DNA of 64,000 nucleotides from Eledone cirrhosa. Taxonomy: Eukaryota. The stretch's first letter is position 1; each line of letters begins with the position of its first letter. The translations under genes were made by a program, and so were the position numbers. The notes beneath the pieces are model-generated. The model was given only the letters and a program-made list of their open reading frames with translations, did not search any database and was not told where the DNA came from. Below are positions 42,190 through 56,338 of this stretch, piece after piece. The DNA lies in NCBI GenBank assembly GCA_964016885.1, contig OZ024749.1:4092001-4156000 (forward strand). The letters run 5' to 3'.

Positions 42190-45052
42190 CTCTAGTCAAG
42201 TTACCGCAACTTCTATTTCTACTTCAACTTCAACACCATCATTACATTATTACGATCACATCTCCACCGCCACTGCCTCATTATCGCTACCGCCGCTATA
42301 CTCTCACACTACCTCCTGCTAAGTACTACTAGCACAAAAACACCACCACCACTGCCTCATTATCGCTACCGCCGCTATTCTCTACCACTACCTCCTGCTA
42401 AGACAGGCATCGTAGTATTCCCACTAAATGAGGAAGGCATCAAAAGATATAAATAGACTGATTTGATGACCCGGTCAAAAAATCAAAAAAAATCAAATAT
42501 CAAAATCAAAACAGCACATCAGCAACGAAAAACGTAAAGAAAAGAAAAAAGAAAAGAAAAACGAATAGACAGACAGACAAGCAAAAAAACTGAGTCAGAC
42601 ATTCAAACATTACATTACAATGAAACTTATGCTTATTTTTGTTTTTTTTTACCTATTTGTTTGTTTGTTTATTAATGTTCGTCTACAGCGTGATAGTGCC
42701 ACGCTAAAATCACCAAGGGTGAGCAAATCACCGGAGGTGATGAAATCACCGGTGGTTATGTAACCATATATTCACCAATCCTCCATAAGAGGACTGGTGA
42801 ATGTAAACAGTTCGAATAACGGTGAAGTGGAGACTGTAATGTCATTTGACAGACTCTCAACCAGCAGGTGCTCACTGGCTCAGCAGCAGGGACCTGGCTG
42901 TCAACCAAATGCTGCTGGTGTCGGAGGAAGAAGAAGGAAAGGGACCAGAACCAACTGGACGAAATAATTGAATATAACTGTAATGCAATGTTACCTGAAG
43001 AGTAACCACAAGGCAAAAGGCTATAGGAAACGTATGCATAACATCAGGAACGAGATTGGTCTATTTAAATTAGATGAACAAAAATTGGCCGGGCAGGCTC
43101 GGGTAATAAGAACTAATGGGCGGATAAACGAGCTGGAACTGGAGGAACTGAGCAGAGAGATTAGGTTGGAAATGGAGAGTGGAGTATGCCAGGCAAGCGA
43201 GCCAGTGGGGAATGAAGGTGAAGAGGTTGAGAGAACAGAGGAACCATCCGAAGCAGTAAATGATCTGAATGCTGAAATAAATAATACCTGGAACAAAGAT
43301 ACGGCCATTGAGGAGATGAATGCTGACGGGCTAGGACAAGATTTGGTTGATATCCTAAACTTAGTGGTAGATGAAATGTACAATGATTGTGGGAAACCTA
43401 TGAACCTAAGATTTGTAGACAGGAACAAGTTAAAAGAAAAAAACAGCTAAGGTAAACAAAGTCATCCCATACCTTGAGGCGAAGAGCCTTCACTAGTGCA
43501 ACAATATCTTCAAAGCAACAGCAAATGCGGTGAGGAAATTACTTGGCATAAAAGCGAGAGGAAACAAGAAACAAGAAAGATAAGAACCTTGGTGGAAGAA
43601 ACGACTGAATGGTCTAATTAGGGAAATGAGAAATGACATTGGAAAGATTGAGTCCCTACTGAATGGGACACTAAAAAACATAGACACTAAAAATAGACTG
43701 GAAATAAAGTACAAAACTAGGAGGAAAATGCTAAATATCATCATAGAGAGAACTGAAGCAACGCAGTGTAGCAAAGAGTGCCAAAATTAGGCGATACGAG
43801 ACCAGAGTCAGTCAGTATAGCCAGAACCGCATGTTTGCAAACAACCAGAAGATGTTGTTTGGACAGCTTGAAGGGAAAGAAAGAGGCAACGACTTGATCC
43901 CTGAGGCGGAACAAACTAAGACATTCTGGAGAGGAATATGGGAGCAGGATGTTAAACATAATGACCAGGCAGTGTGGATTGGGACAGTACAGAAGGAGAA
44001 TAGTGATCAGGCTCACCAACAAACTGATTTGAGTATCACAGTTGAAACTCTTAAGGAAACTAACCAGCTGGAAATCACCAGGCCCAGATGGTGTGCAGGG
44101 GTGTTGGATTACAAATGTAACATCCCTCCACCCGAAACTGACAGCCATGTACAATGACTGCTTGATGTCAAGTATGGTACCAGAATGGTTGACAAAAGGT
44201 ACCACAGTTCTGGTAATGAAAGACCAAATCAAGGGTAATGATGTTACCAACTATAGACCTATCACATGTATGTCCGTAATGTGGAAACTGTTGACAAGCA
44301 TTGTGTCTGAAGAAATCTACCATCACCTCCACACAAACAACTTGTTACCGGACGAACAGAAAGGATGCCGAAAGAAGTCCCGTGGTACAAAGGGCAAGTT
44401 ACTTATTGATAAGATGGTAATGAGGAATTGCAAGAGGAGACACACTGGTCTTGCCATGGAATGGATAGACTACAAAAAGGCATTTGACATGGTGTCTCAT
44501 TTTTGGATCACCAAAGGCCTAGATATCTTCAAGGTGGCAGATAACATCAGACAGTTGTTGAGCAAAAGTATGAAGTCCTAGAAAACAGAGTGTTCTGGTT
44601 GAAAAGACGAGACCTTTAAAAGTCTACAGAAGGAATGCTAATGGCTGCGCAAGAGCAGGCGCTCAAAACAAAGTGGCTGAAACACCATATTTACAAGGAG
44701 GAGGCTAGCCCACTGTGTAGGATCTGTGGAGTGAGAGAGGAGACCGTGGCTCACATTGTATCCGAGTGTAAACACCTAGCCCAGACTCACTATAAAGGCT
44801 GGAGACATGATGTGATGGGCAGGGTGATCCACTGGCACCTATGCAAAGTAAACAATTTATCACATTCTGAGAAGTGGTATGAGCATAAGGCAGTGTCGCT
44901 GATAGAAAACGATCAGGTGAAGCGGCTATGGGATTTTAGGATACTGACGGACAAGAAAGTGGAACACAATGGACCTGACCTGGTGGTTTTTGACAAGGAA
45001 AAAAGATCGTGCCTGATTGTGGATGTGTCCTGATTGTGGATTGCGACACGAG
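42187..45052 (+). mobile_element. Older degenerate family B copy with internal deletion and lost 3' end
   Basis: ATG->GTG at 42827, frameshifts; junction at ~44593 skips the equivalent of ~38117-39039 (RT core); ends inside the RLE. Confidence 0.9.
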
Positions 45053-46300
45053 AAACGTGATAACGACATACATAGGTGAGACAGCACGAAGCATAGGAGA
45101 AACAATAGACCAACACTTGGAACTAAAAGGACAAAGACACGATTCAGTACTATTTGTAATCAGTTCGTTTTGAATATTGATATGTCTGACTTAAAGGATT
45201 GAAGAGTGATTGAGGGACTAACAAGCATTTAAATTGTAAGTTGAACTTCTTCACGTTTCCATATCGATGTATTTATTATTTGTTATCCTGTCTTAGTTTT
45301 CTCTGCGAAAGCACACTTGTAGTGTGTATCTGGCATGATACTTTTTTTCAATTTGAATAAACGCCAGCGTGTGTTCCCTGTAGATTGGTCGGCCTGGCTC
45401 ACCTACACTTTGATTTGACATCACGCCTCACTGAAAGTTTGCTACTAGTACTACATGAATTGTCTCCATCAATTTGGTGTATAAGTTAGCCATACGGAAC
45501 TCTCCAGTCGAAGGAGACAAACTCCCGCTGCCGACACGTTTCTTACTACATTACGTAATGTATACTAATATTACACAATTTCTGCATATTGTGGTTCCTT
45601 TCGGACCAACGCTGGCAGACCAAGATCGTAGAAATTGTATCATCGGACCGGATAACTGAAATTTGCTCCCAAAATAAACCAAGAGTTACTATAAAATCCC
45701 GGATAAGTAGCACATAGGAGAGAGATTAAAGGAACACAGGCGAGAACTTAAGGAGGGTACAATCTCATCTGGGTTATACCAACATTCAAAACTAGAGCCC
45801 GAGGGCTCAATAGATAACGTATAACTAACGATCATATCCACACATAGAAATGACGCAACACTCAGAACAATTGCGGAGGCCCCTCACGTCATAGAAGATA
45901 GTCCTAGCCTGAACAGAGAACACGAGCGAAATAGTAACAGCCCACAACTTATTGACTGATTACAGAATATAAATACAGAAAACAAAACAACACACGATAA
46001 AATCCTACATATACATAAAACACACGTATACATGGGAAACACAAAAACACATACACACAGAGAAACGCAGGCGCAAACGCATGCAGAGACACGAACAGGA
46101 ATATAAAAATGCACCACAAAACAAAGATAAGATGCAATAGAAGTTTAAGACCAGGAAAAGGACGAGGTACGAAACAGATCATCATTGTGGAGGTCACAGA
46201 ATGTGTGATAAAACAAGTTTGATAAACAAATGCATAACAAACAAAAAAGGTAAAGTGAACATTATATGGTTTGTGTTTCTATCTCCTGGCAATATGGGTA
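45042..46300 (+). mobile_element. Fragmented Penelope-like element(s): GIY-YIG remnants and degenerate pLTR
   Basis: 45042-45116 CDTRNVIT-TYIGETARSIGETIDQH; 45714-45930 IGERLKEHRR..SGLYQH..LRTIAEA..PSLNRE; unassigned insert ~45155-45700. Confidence 0.7.
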
Positions 46301-47293
46301 ACATGACTATCCCTAAATATAACATGTTTACAAATATATTTATGAAGCATTGTGGGGATTTGAAAATATGCTAACCTCAATGCAGAAATCTATTGTTTAT
46401 ATGTGTCTGCATTGTGTCTAACACATATACAAATTTCATGATTTAGAAAGTAATCTTCATGCCAGTTAAGCTAAGTAAGATACCTTTTAAAGTGGTGATA
46501 AGTATAAACTAATATATTTCGCTTGGTATATATAATAAATTGTCGATATCGTTAAATTTTCTTGCCAGAAATTTACTGGACAGCGGGTTATCGTCTGGTC
46601 TCGTTGTTTTGTTTAAATCGTCACAACCTCATCTTTCCGTCTTTGTCAAGAAAACGATCGTGCTAATAAAAATTGGTTTTACTGGCGTAAGAATTTATTT
46701 TACGATAGAGAGGGGAAATCTAGACAACTTCTCATTCCAATTAAAAAATGGTAACACTTCTTTTCTTTATTTTTATTTCTTCTTCTACTCATTTTGTCTG
46801 GCAATGAAGAATATAATAAAAAAAAACTGACAGTGAATGTGTGTTTTTGTGTATATGTGTGGGATTCGTTTTGTGTATATGGGTGTTGGGATCGTATTTG
46901 TGACAGAAATATAATGTTACTTAATACCATACAATTTCCATGGCAAGTTATACTAATTAATGAAATATTATTTATTCATTAGACAATATTGTTAATACAT
47001 GTTTGAAATATATTAGCATATTGATATAATCTGTTATTGGTATCATCCTGCCAATGTAGAATCTATAGAGTGCAATAGAGTCTGACATTTGAACTTAATG
47101 AAAGCCTATTGAAAATGGCAAAATAACACGAAATTTTTTTTTTCCGTTCTGTATTATATCGAAATCCAAAATTCATTTTATTGAATTTCAGAAAGTATAC
47201 AAAGGCAATGATATAGAGTAGTAGACGTTTTATATGTAATTACAGCGTGGAAGAATAAGTTTACCCATATAAAACACACGAAAAGTTGTGTTT

Positions 47294-47482
<189 letters not shown>

Positions 47483-48029
47483 TATATCCAGCTGTCAAAA
47501 TTTCCCTCGTTCTCCTTTGACATTGTCACAAGCAGTACAACGAAAGATTTGATCAGGAAATAAATTCTTATGAAGTAAAATGAAGAGTCTTATATTGATT
47601 ATTTTTTTACTGAGCTAATATGAACTACCGTGCTGTAATAGTTACAGATACAACAGTGGCAGAGCATGTCATCAGTCAGCCGAATATAACTACGAACTAT
47701 ATACATATACAGCTGTACGTATAGATACATGCATATATAAGCATATATACATATAGACATATATATATATTTCAATGTTGTATGTCTATTGATATGTGTC
47801 ATGTTTACGAATAAACATTTGGAAAACACCAGGTAGTGACAAGCTGACGGCTTACACCGTCTAGCGGATTCCCGCGGAAGTAGCGGGTGATAAATATGAA
47901 TCCATGTCTGGCTCTGGACGTCATCAGGACAGTGGTTTCCTTGGTTTCTGCTGGAATATGAAACAGGTGAAAAAAATATATATATGTTTTTTTTTTCATT
48001 GGCCTCATTTGCATATGGGTTATATATGC

Positions 48030-48106
<77 letters not shown>

Positions 48107-48109
<3 letters not shown>

Positions 48110-48325
48110 TTAGAACACTGGAAGGTATTATCCGTAGTTGTAGAGCACTCAGTCCACGGGATTGGTTAGGTAGAAGATGTAACACAACAGTTAGTTTACC
48201 ATACCGAGAAGAATCGTTCCACCATAGCGGATCCACAGCTCGTAGTGGACATGGTTATACGGAACAGCCCGCTAAGGTGAAACAATTGTTCTCGCTATGG
48301 TGAACTAACTGTTGTGTAACAACTT
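48107..48325 (-). mobile_element. Fold-back mini-element (IR 48174-48325 plus tail), family of 10812-10948
   Basis: Arms include GAAAC-AATT-GTT; (TA)n flanks. Confidence 0.8.
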
Positions 48326-48341
48326 ATATATATATATATAT

Positions 48342-48759
48342 CTTAGTCTTAGTCTTAGTTCCTCCACTCCCTTGTGGAACATTGGGCGATGAGCTTTCTC
48401 AACTTGTTCCTGTCACTGGCGGCCCTTCTAACACCTCTCCAGGTAATTCTCATTTCCCGCAGGTCCTCCCTGAATGTGCTCCGCCATGTTTTTCGTGGTC
48501 TTCCCCGTTCTCTCCTGCCACCTTCTGGTACCCAATCCATGGCAATATGAGCAGGTCGATCTGCTGGCAAACGAAGGATGTGGGCTGCGAACCGCCGTCT
48601 CCTTTTCCGGACAATGCCTGTGAGACATGGAAGAGTACGGAAAGTGTATACAACAAGCTTGATGTATTCCACCGTCGTTGCATTCGGACTATATTGAACA
48701 TTTCATGGAGGGATCAAGTTAGCAACGAGGGAATGATGAGGAGGTCAGGATTGGAGAGG
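48342..48759 (-). mobile_element. 5'-truncated RTE-clade LINE with inverted 5' segment and (TAAGAC)n tail
   Basis: Minus 48355-48618 IVRKRRRRFAAHILR..GRRERGRPRKTW; plus 48614-48759 ACETWK..KLDVFHRRCIRTILNISWRDQVSNE. Confidence 0.85.
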
Positions 48760-48785
48760 ATATATATATATATATATTTATTAAA

Positions 48786-49132
48786 ATAACAGATTAAAGT
48801 TTAAGCAAAGAATCGCTGCTTTCACCCTTAACGGGATCTTCTGAAACTAACAAAGTCAATCTATAAACGCAGAAGTGGATATTTCAAAAAAACGTTGCAA
48901 CCGGAGGAAGACAGGAAGACGATACTTTGGTTCGTGGTAACGTTCGCTATGCAAATAAGTTTCTTGAAATATCCACTTCTGCGTTTACAGATTGACTTTG
49001 TTAGTTTTAGAAGATCCTGTTAAGGGTGAAAGCAGCGATTCTTTGCTTAAACTTTAATCTGTTATATATTTGATATATATTTATCCTTATCGAGCCCTCT
49101 TTGGATTTTAGTCTTCAAATTTATTATTATTA

Positions 49133-49135
<3 letters not shown>
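48786..49135 (+). mobile_element. Fold-back version of the 12940/29250 family 3' end
   Basis: Arms 48786-48887 / 48964-49065, then tail and (TA)n. Confidence 0.85.
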
Positions 49136-49173
<38 letters not shown>

Positions 49174-49178
49174 ATGTG

Positions 49179-49223
<45 letters not shown>

Positions 49224-50789
49224 GTGTACACACGCACATATACAGTATACATATATATGTATGTTAATAAATTTACGAAATATCTTTAAGGTGAGACGTT
49301 TTGCGCGTACATAGCATTGTCACAGCATGCCAGGCAATAGTTTACTCAATGAATTCAGGAGACTACCCACTTTCAGAGTGAGTGATGTAGCGGCAATATT
49401 GAACAACATAATTAGGTTTATTAACAGAAAATGGATATGGCTAACAAATAGTCGACCATCAAACGAATTAATAAATATATCAAAAATATTTATATATACC
49501 CACAAATTAATTACGGTTACAACACACTTTACAACGGATACAACAAAAACACACAGACATGCACACAAACACATACACACACACCCACAGAAACACACAC
49601 ATACACACACACACAAACACACACAAACACACACATAAACCCATACAAACGCACACACAGACAAACACACACATAAACACACGCACGCACACATACACAC
49701 GCACAAACACACACACACGCACACAGACACACACATACGCACACACACATGCGCACATACACACACATACACACATACACACACACACCCATACACACAC
49801 ACATACACACACAAACAGACACACATATACACAGGCACACGCACACATATATATATATATGGAACTTGGCTGTTACGCCTACCTCCCTGCTTCTGATTAT
49901 TAAATTCAACGCCACGTTAAACCAAGCCTACTTTTCGATCGCAGTATTTAACAGCAAAAGAATGAACTGTTACGTAGTCAATTCTCTGAAGGAGCTTTTT
50001 GAATTTGGTAGCAGTAGTGTCAGCATACTTAGCCCGGGTGTCCTTGGCTTTAGTTAGTCTCAAGTTTCAGATAAACAAGATGGGGATCAGTTGACAGCTC
50101 AGCCTCTCTCTTAGCACGAGCGTCCAGCACAGAATCAAAGAGATCAGGCACAATACAAAATCAATTTTTGATCTATTTACCTGATTCCCTTTCTACCATG
50201 TATATTTATGGATGCATATACTCTACAGATGTATTGAGAACATTTTGTATCTGTGGTTACCCCCACGACACAACTCGACTATCTGTATATTGGTAACAGC
50301 ATACTGCTTTGAACAATTAAAACCAACTCCATGCAGTCGGTCACTGCTACTATCACTTGATGACAGAATACAAGTTAATGCAATACGTGGCACCGAATGA
50401 AAATTTAGAAGTAAGTTAGATGTTCGGAAACCCTTTATAGGACTGCTGGCTGATGATACTGTCTTCTGTCTGGAACTTGTTGGTTATGTATTTATTACTA
50501 ATCGATCAGCAGCAGATTTTCTAAGGAACTTGAAACATTAATATCCAGCTTAGATGTGATTTCTGTAGTGCAGAGGATTTTCTGTACTAGACCAGGAGGA
50601 TACTGGCTGTTTCAATTGATGAAATTATTAATAATATAACGTGTTTCATATGTCAATCCGTCTATACAATAATTACGTAGCAGAGGATTCTGACTTGGAT
50701 GTTGTATTACAAACATTCTTTTGCGTATCCTCCAAATGAATCTGTTGAGCAAGAACGAAATAACTGGATATCGAACTAAACCTTTGTTA

Positions 50790-50824
50790 TATCGACGTTT
50801 CGGCATAAGCCCTTCATCAGGAGA
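50790..50824 (-). ncRNA. Minimal Penelope-type hammerhead motif
   Basis: UCUC-CUGAUGA-AGGGC(UUAU)GCC-GAAAC-GUC-GAUA with palindromic ACGU at stem III; preceded (50825-51110) by a pyrimidine-rich PLE-like 3' region. Confidence 0.65.
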
Positions 50825-51109
50825 AAAGTGGGCAGGAAAAGAGTTCTGAGAGTATGAGAGGGAGTGGTGGAAATACATAAAAAGGGGGGGGGGAAGTAGA
50901 GGAAATAAAATAGAAAGAGGGTAAACAAATTAAAATGAAACAAGAGATCAAAGAGTGTGAGGCGTGTAGGGGTGTTGGTGGGTGGTGTTGGTGGACACGG
51001 GAGAGGGAGACGGGGAGCGGAGAGAGCTTAAGGGTGTGTGTGTGTATTGTGTAGGTGTGTGTGTGTGTGGATGTGAATGTGAGAGTTGGGAGAAGAACGA
51101 GGTTCAATG

Positions 51110-51158
<49 letters not shown>

Positions 51159-51249
51159 CATATATAAATTAGCGAGAATCGTTTTCAGCTCAGGAATTAA
51201 CGAAAATCAACGTCCGATAATATATATATATATTATATATATACATATG

Positions 51250-51308
<59 letters not shown>

Positions 51309-51312
<4 letters not shown>

Positions 51313-51713
51313 GGTAACACAATATCGTAATAGGTAATCCAGTTAGAGGTTGTGAATACATTTTATTATGGATAGATTTAGCGCATTGGATTGTTTTTAC
51401 TCAGTAAGTGGTTTACATAGGTGGCGAGTATATGACTTTACTTGTATTCCTATGTAAGTTTGTCTTGGAGTTATAACAATGAAAAAGTAAATAACAACAT
51501 GGTCAACAGTACAAAAAACGGAGTTATTTACAGTCTGACAATTGCTTCCCTGATTAAGTTGACTAAAAATTGCAGAACACTTGAAGCAGTGCCACTCAAT
51601 TTCAAATACGATGTGATTGAAACCGGATCATCAGAGATAATCAGTGAAATAATTGTCAGACTGTAAATAGATCCCTATTTTGTTCTGTTGACCATGTTAT
51701 TCTTCACTTTTTC

Positions 51714-51716
<3 letters not shown>
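51309..51716 (-). mobile_element. Fold-back element (arms 51480-51557 / 51637-51714) plus tail, family of 4753-5004
   Basis: Inverted arms with GAAAT-AATT-GTC-AGAC remnant; (TA)n flanks. Confidence 0.75.
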
Positions 51717-51758
<42 letters not shown>

Positions 51759-51760
51759 TG

Positions 51761-52226
<466 letters not shown>

Positions 52227-52232
<6 letters not shown>

Positions 52233-52610
52233 GAATTCCATCTTTGTCTGATTTACTCATTTTATTTACAATCCTTTAAATGTATAATGGTATTAGAATG
52301 AAATAAAATGGTAAAATATTAAATGTTAAGTGTTAATTGAAGAAGTACTTTCAATATTTCGCAATCTCCAGGTTCATATTCTGTAGTGGAAGATTGCAAA
52401 CTTGACTGTCACCACAGAATGTGAACCTGAGGGTTGCGAAAGCATGAAAGTGCTTGTTCAATTAACAGTTAACATTTAATTATCTACCATACCATTTCAT
52501 TCTAATACCATTATAAATGTTAAACGATTGTAAATAAAACGATTAAATCAGACAAGATTGGAATTCCTTTTATTAATATCATCTTCTAAACACACTTATA
52601 CACACCAGTG
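52227..52610 (+). mobile_element. Fold-back element (IR 52227-52572) with HHR motif 52422-52460
   Basis: UGAAC-CUGAGGG-U-UGC(GAAA)GCA-U-GAAAG-UG-CUU-GUUCA; the other arm has CUGGAGA, so the consensus restores CUGANGA. Confidence 0.8.
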
Positions 52611-52612
52611 TA

Positions 52613-52688
<76 letters not shown>

Positions 52689-52836
52689 TATTGACGTACA
52701 TGTACGTCAATACTCATTTTTTCCATTTCTCTGAGGGTTATAAACCCCACTATCACGCTAAAGTTCCTTTAGTCAACAAATTACGGAGAAAGCTTCTATT
52801 TTCTAATTTCAAACTTGCTGACTGTTTCAAAGCATA

Positions 52837-52872
<36 letters not shown>

Positions 52873-52873
52873 T

Positions 52874-54419
52874 ATAACGAAGGAAATGTGGTAAGGAACC
52901 AGGTGGACCATAACGCACCAAAGTACTCAATACTTGAGGTAGTAGAGTGGGTAATAGGAACCAGTAAGACCCCGACAGCTGAGCTCAAGCCGTTTCGACG
53001 GCTAATTCTGGACTAAATGAAAATTTATCCTGGTATTTAAATAGCCGATCTTCTCAAGGGGTAATTCCATATATGGTCAAAGTGATTGTCAAAAATCAGT
53101 AGTAATTCTGTGGTTGCAAATTAGTAGGGGAGATGGTGGCTAAACCTGCCAGTAGGAGAAAGAGGGGAGGGGGTGGAGTAGTCCCAATCAAGTGTTTGTA
53201 GTGCCAGCTACAGCTGGGCATGAGGTCAAAGAAGATACAGGGGAGGGGGAGGGGGAGGAAGTACGAACGGTAGGTAGAACAATGGGGGGTAGAAATATAT
53301 AGGAAAGAAAAAATACTGAGAGTGAAGAAAAGCAAATAAGTGTAAAGAAAAAAGTAAAGTAAATTAAATTCTACGACCTAGGTCTCAGGCTATTGTTAGG
53401 CTAGAATAAATAAATAAATAAAGGAAGAAAGAAGTAAAGAAAGAAATAAAGAAATAACGAAATAAGTAAAAGAACTAGGTGGGACGGATTAGGCGAGGAC
53501 CCTTTTAAGAGGTATAAGTACGTAAATGATACGGTGACGGGTCAACAAAAGGGGCCAAAATACTAAAGAGACTACCACGAAATAAACAATAAAGGTTTCC
53601 ATCCCGGGCACAATTCCAGCAACCACCCAGTGCAGCAAAGTGAACTAATACGAGATAATAATTCTGAGTCCCGAGAAAAATAAATACTAATGCTAACTCT
53701 AAAAGATCTAAAACAAGCTACATGAAAGTTCGTACGAAGTAAAGGTAGAATACGGAAGAATAAATTCAGAATCCACCCCGCCCAAAAGAAAAGCGAAGAA
53801 AGAAATACTGAAACGAAAAAATAAGGCATAAGTGCCACTAAGAAATATAGAGGGCACAGAGAATAGTGGGAGCGGTCGGAAAAAGGGGACACGTATCCGG
53901 TGTCTAAACCAACTGCTATAAAGGGCGGAGTCCGCCAAATCTATCCTAGACTAGGGGAGGGGGTGGGGGTACTAAGGCTACAAGGGGCCAAAGGGCAGCC
54001 TCGGGTGGGCGAGAAAAGACGCCGACAAAGGAGAAGAGCTGGGGTAGAAGGACTAAGGAGAGAGGGGGGAAGAAAGGAAATAAAGGAAGCGATAAAAGAA
54101 TACAAAGAAGATCTTACGTCTCCCTTGGCAAGCAGGGGTTACCCATTGCAAAATCGGCAAGTGGGGTGTTATAGCACTACAAACGCTTGATTGGGGCTAC
54201 TCCACCCCCTCCCCTCTTTCTCCTACTGGCAGGTTTAGCCACCATCTCCCCTACTAATTTGCAACCACAGAATGACTACTGATTTTTGACAATCACTTTG
54301 ACCATATATGGAATTACCCCTTGAGAAGATCGGCTATTTAAATACCAGGATACATTTTCATTTAGTCCAGAATTAGCCGTCGAAACGGCTTGAGCTCAGC
54401 TGTCGGGGTCTTACTGGTT

Positions 54420-54424
<5 letters not shown>
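52874..54424 (-). mobile_element. 1.55-kb non-coding element with 251-bp inverted repeats (52954-53204 / 54174-54424), ~970-bp strand-biased spacer and 3' tail, in (TA)n
   Basis: Arms differ at only a few positions; no credible ORF. Confidence 0.9.
54316..54409 (+). ncRNA. Type I hammerhead ribozyme with U3:A8 core (mirror on - strand at 52969-53062)
   Basis: ACCCC-UUGAGAA-GA(U)CGGCUA[~37 nt]UAGCCGUC-GAA-ACGGC(UUGAGCUCA)GCUGU-C-GGGGU. Confidence 0.75.
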
Positions 54425-54494
<70 letters not shown>

Positions 54495-54923
54495 GGGTTT
54501 AGATCGATATCGAGTGAGAAAAAGTTAGAGACAGACGGAAACTCCACATGCCCATCTTCTAGAGTATGAAACTTGTAGTTTAAAACATATCAAAATAACT
54601 CATGTATAATTACGATGTTATTTGTTAGAAATATAACATAGCGGGGTGGCTACAGTACCTCAGTAACATCAAAGACTAATGCATATAATTCATTTTGTCT
54701 AACCATGAAACACCCAATGCTCAACAAACGCATTCATACCTTCAGGGTAAACTGATAATACTAGGGATATGCAATTAAATACTTTATCGTTTAAGTATAC
54801 GCCCCTATATTTAAATATTCGACGACACGATCAGAAATATTGCTTATATCACTATTTATATATATACATACACACACACACACACACACACACACGCAGA
54901 CACAAATACACACATACACACAG

Positions 54924-55071
<148 letters not shown>

Positions 55072-55097
55072 ATATATATGTATACAAACAATATATC

Positions 55098-55133
<36 letters not shown>

Positions 55134-55591
55134 TAAATATTTATATATATATATATACATAAAGGTTTACAAATATTAATATATTGGGAGAGAGATGGAA
55201 ATGAGAAAGTGTAAGGAAGAGTGATGGTGGGTACGTTGGTTAGCAGTTGACAAGCTCATCGCAGTGATCCATTTCACATATTCTTTGAAGCGTTCAATGA
55301 TAAAATAAAATTAAATTAAATATAAAGAATTACGTTGCATAACAATACTTTAAGAAGGAAACCACCAAACACATCATCATAATAATATCAATGAAAATTT
55401 TCATTGGCATTCAAAAAATATATTTTACAAAATGTTAATAGAATTCATATGAAATTTTGGCTAAAAGAATTCCTAAACTATTAATATAATGATTTGAGGA
55501 TTCTTGAATAGGGGAAATCAAATAGTGACAGTAAAATATGGAAAGGAAATAACGGACAATTCTATGTTCATTGGGTGAAATATAAATAGAA

Positions 55592-55776
<185 letters not shown>

Positions 55777-55830
55777 GCTGAATATATATATTCATATATA
55801 TATATATTTATATATATATTATTATATATA

Positions 55831-55907
<77 letters not shown>

Positions 55908-56338
55908 TTGGCATATATATATGACATTGGTTGTAATCAGTAATACCACACATCGTTGCGCGTAACTCGGAGACAGAAGTTTGGCAGTGTTGCGGGGAAT
56001 AAATGAACTCCCTTTATTCACCGTTGATATATTTCTAAAGGAATAGCTCCAAATTGTTGCATAGTGATGAAAATAACAAAACAAATCTATAGATTGAAAA
56101 TATGAACTATCATATAAAAAAAAGGAAATATACAATGAAAATGAAATCCACAATGCCTGCCATCGTTTTTATAAACGTACATGCATCCCTCAAACAAAAG
56201 CTCAACCATACTAAATATATATACGAATATATATACAGAGAGGGAGAGAGAGGTACGATCCATGGGATATATATATATATAATTGGAAATTTATTAAAAT
56301 CGAATCTCTGGCGGTTTGCAAGCAAATTCGGCCTACTT

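Noticed and set aside
32011-44250. Minus-strand ORFs of 60-170 aa inside the Dong array
   Set aside because: Antisense shadows of the RT-RLE ORFs, with no independent motifs.
45155-45420. Solo LTR (TGT...AATAAA...ACA)
   Set aside because: No target-site duplication at either candidate end, no convincing PBS and no second copy.
47830-47935. Hammerhead on - (CUGAUGA-CGUC..GACG)
   Set aside because: No GAAA and no stem I; at most a decayed pLTR.
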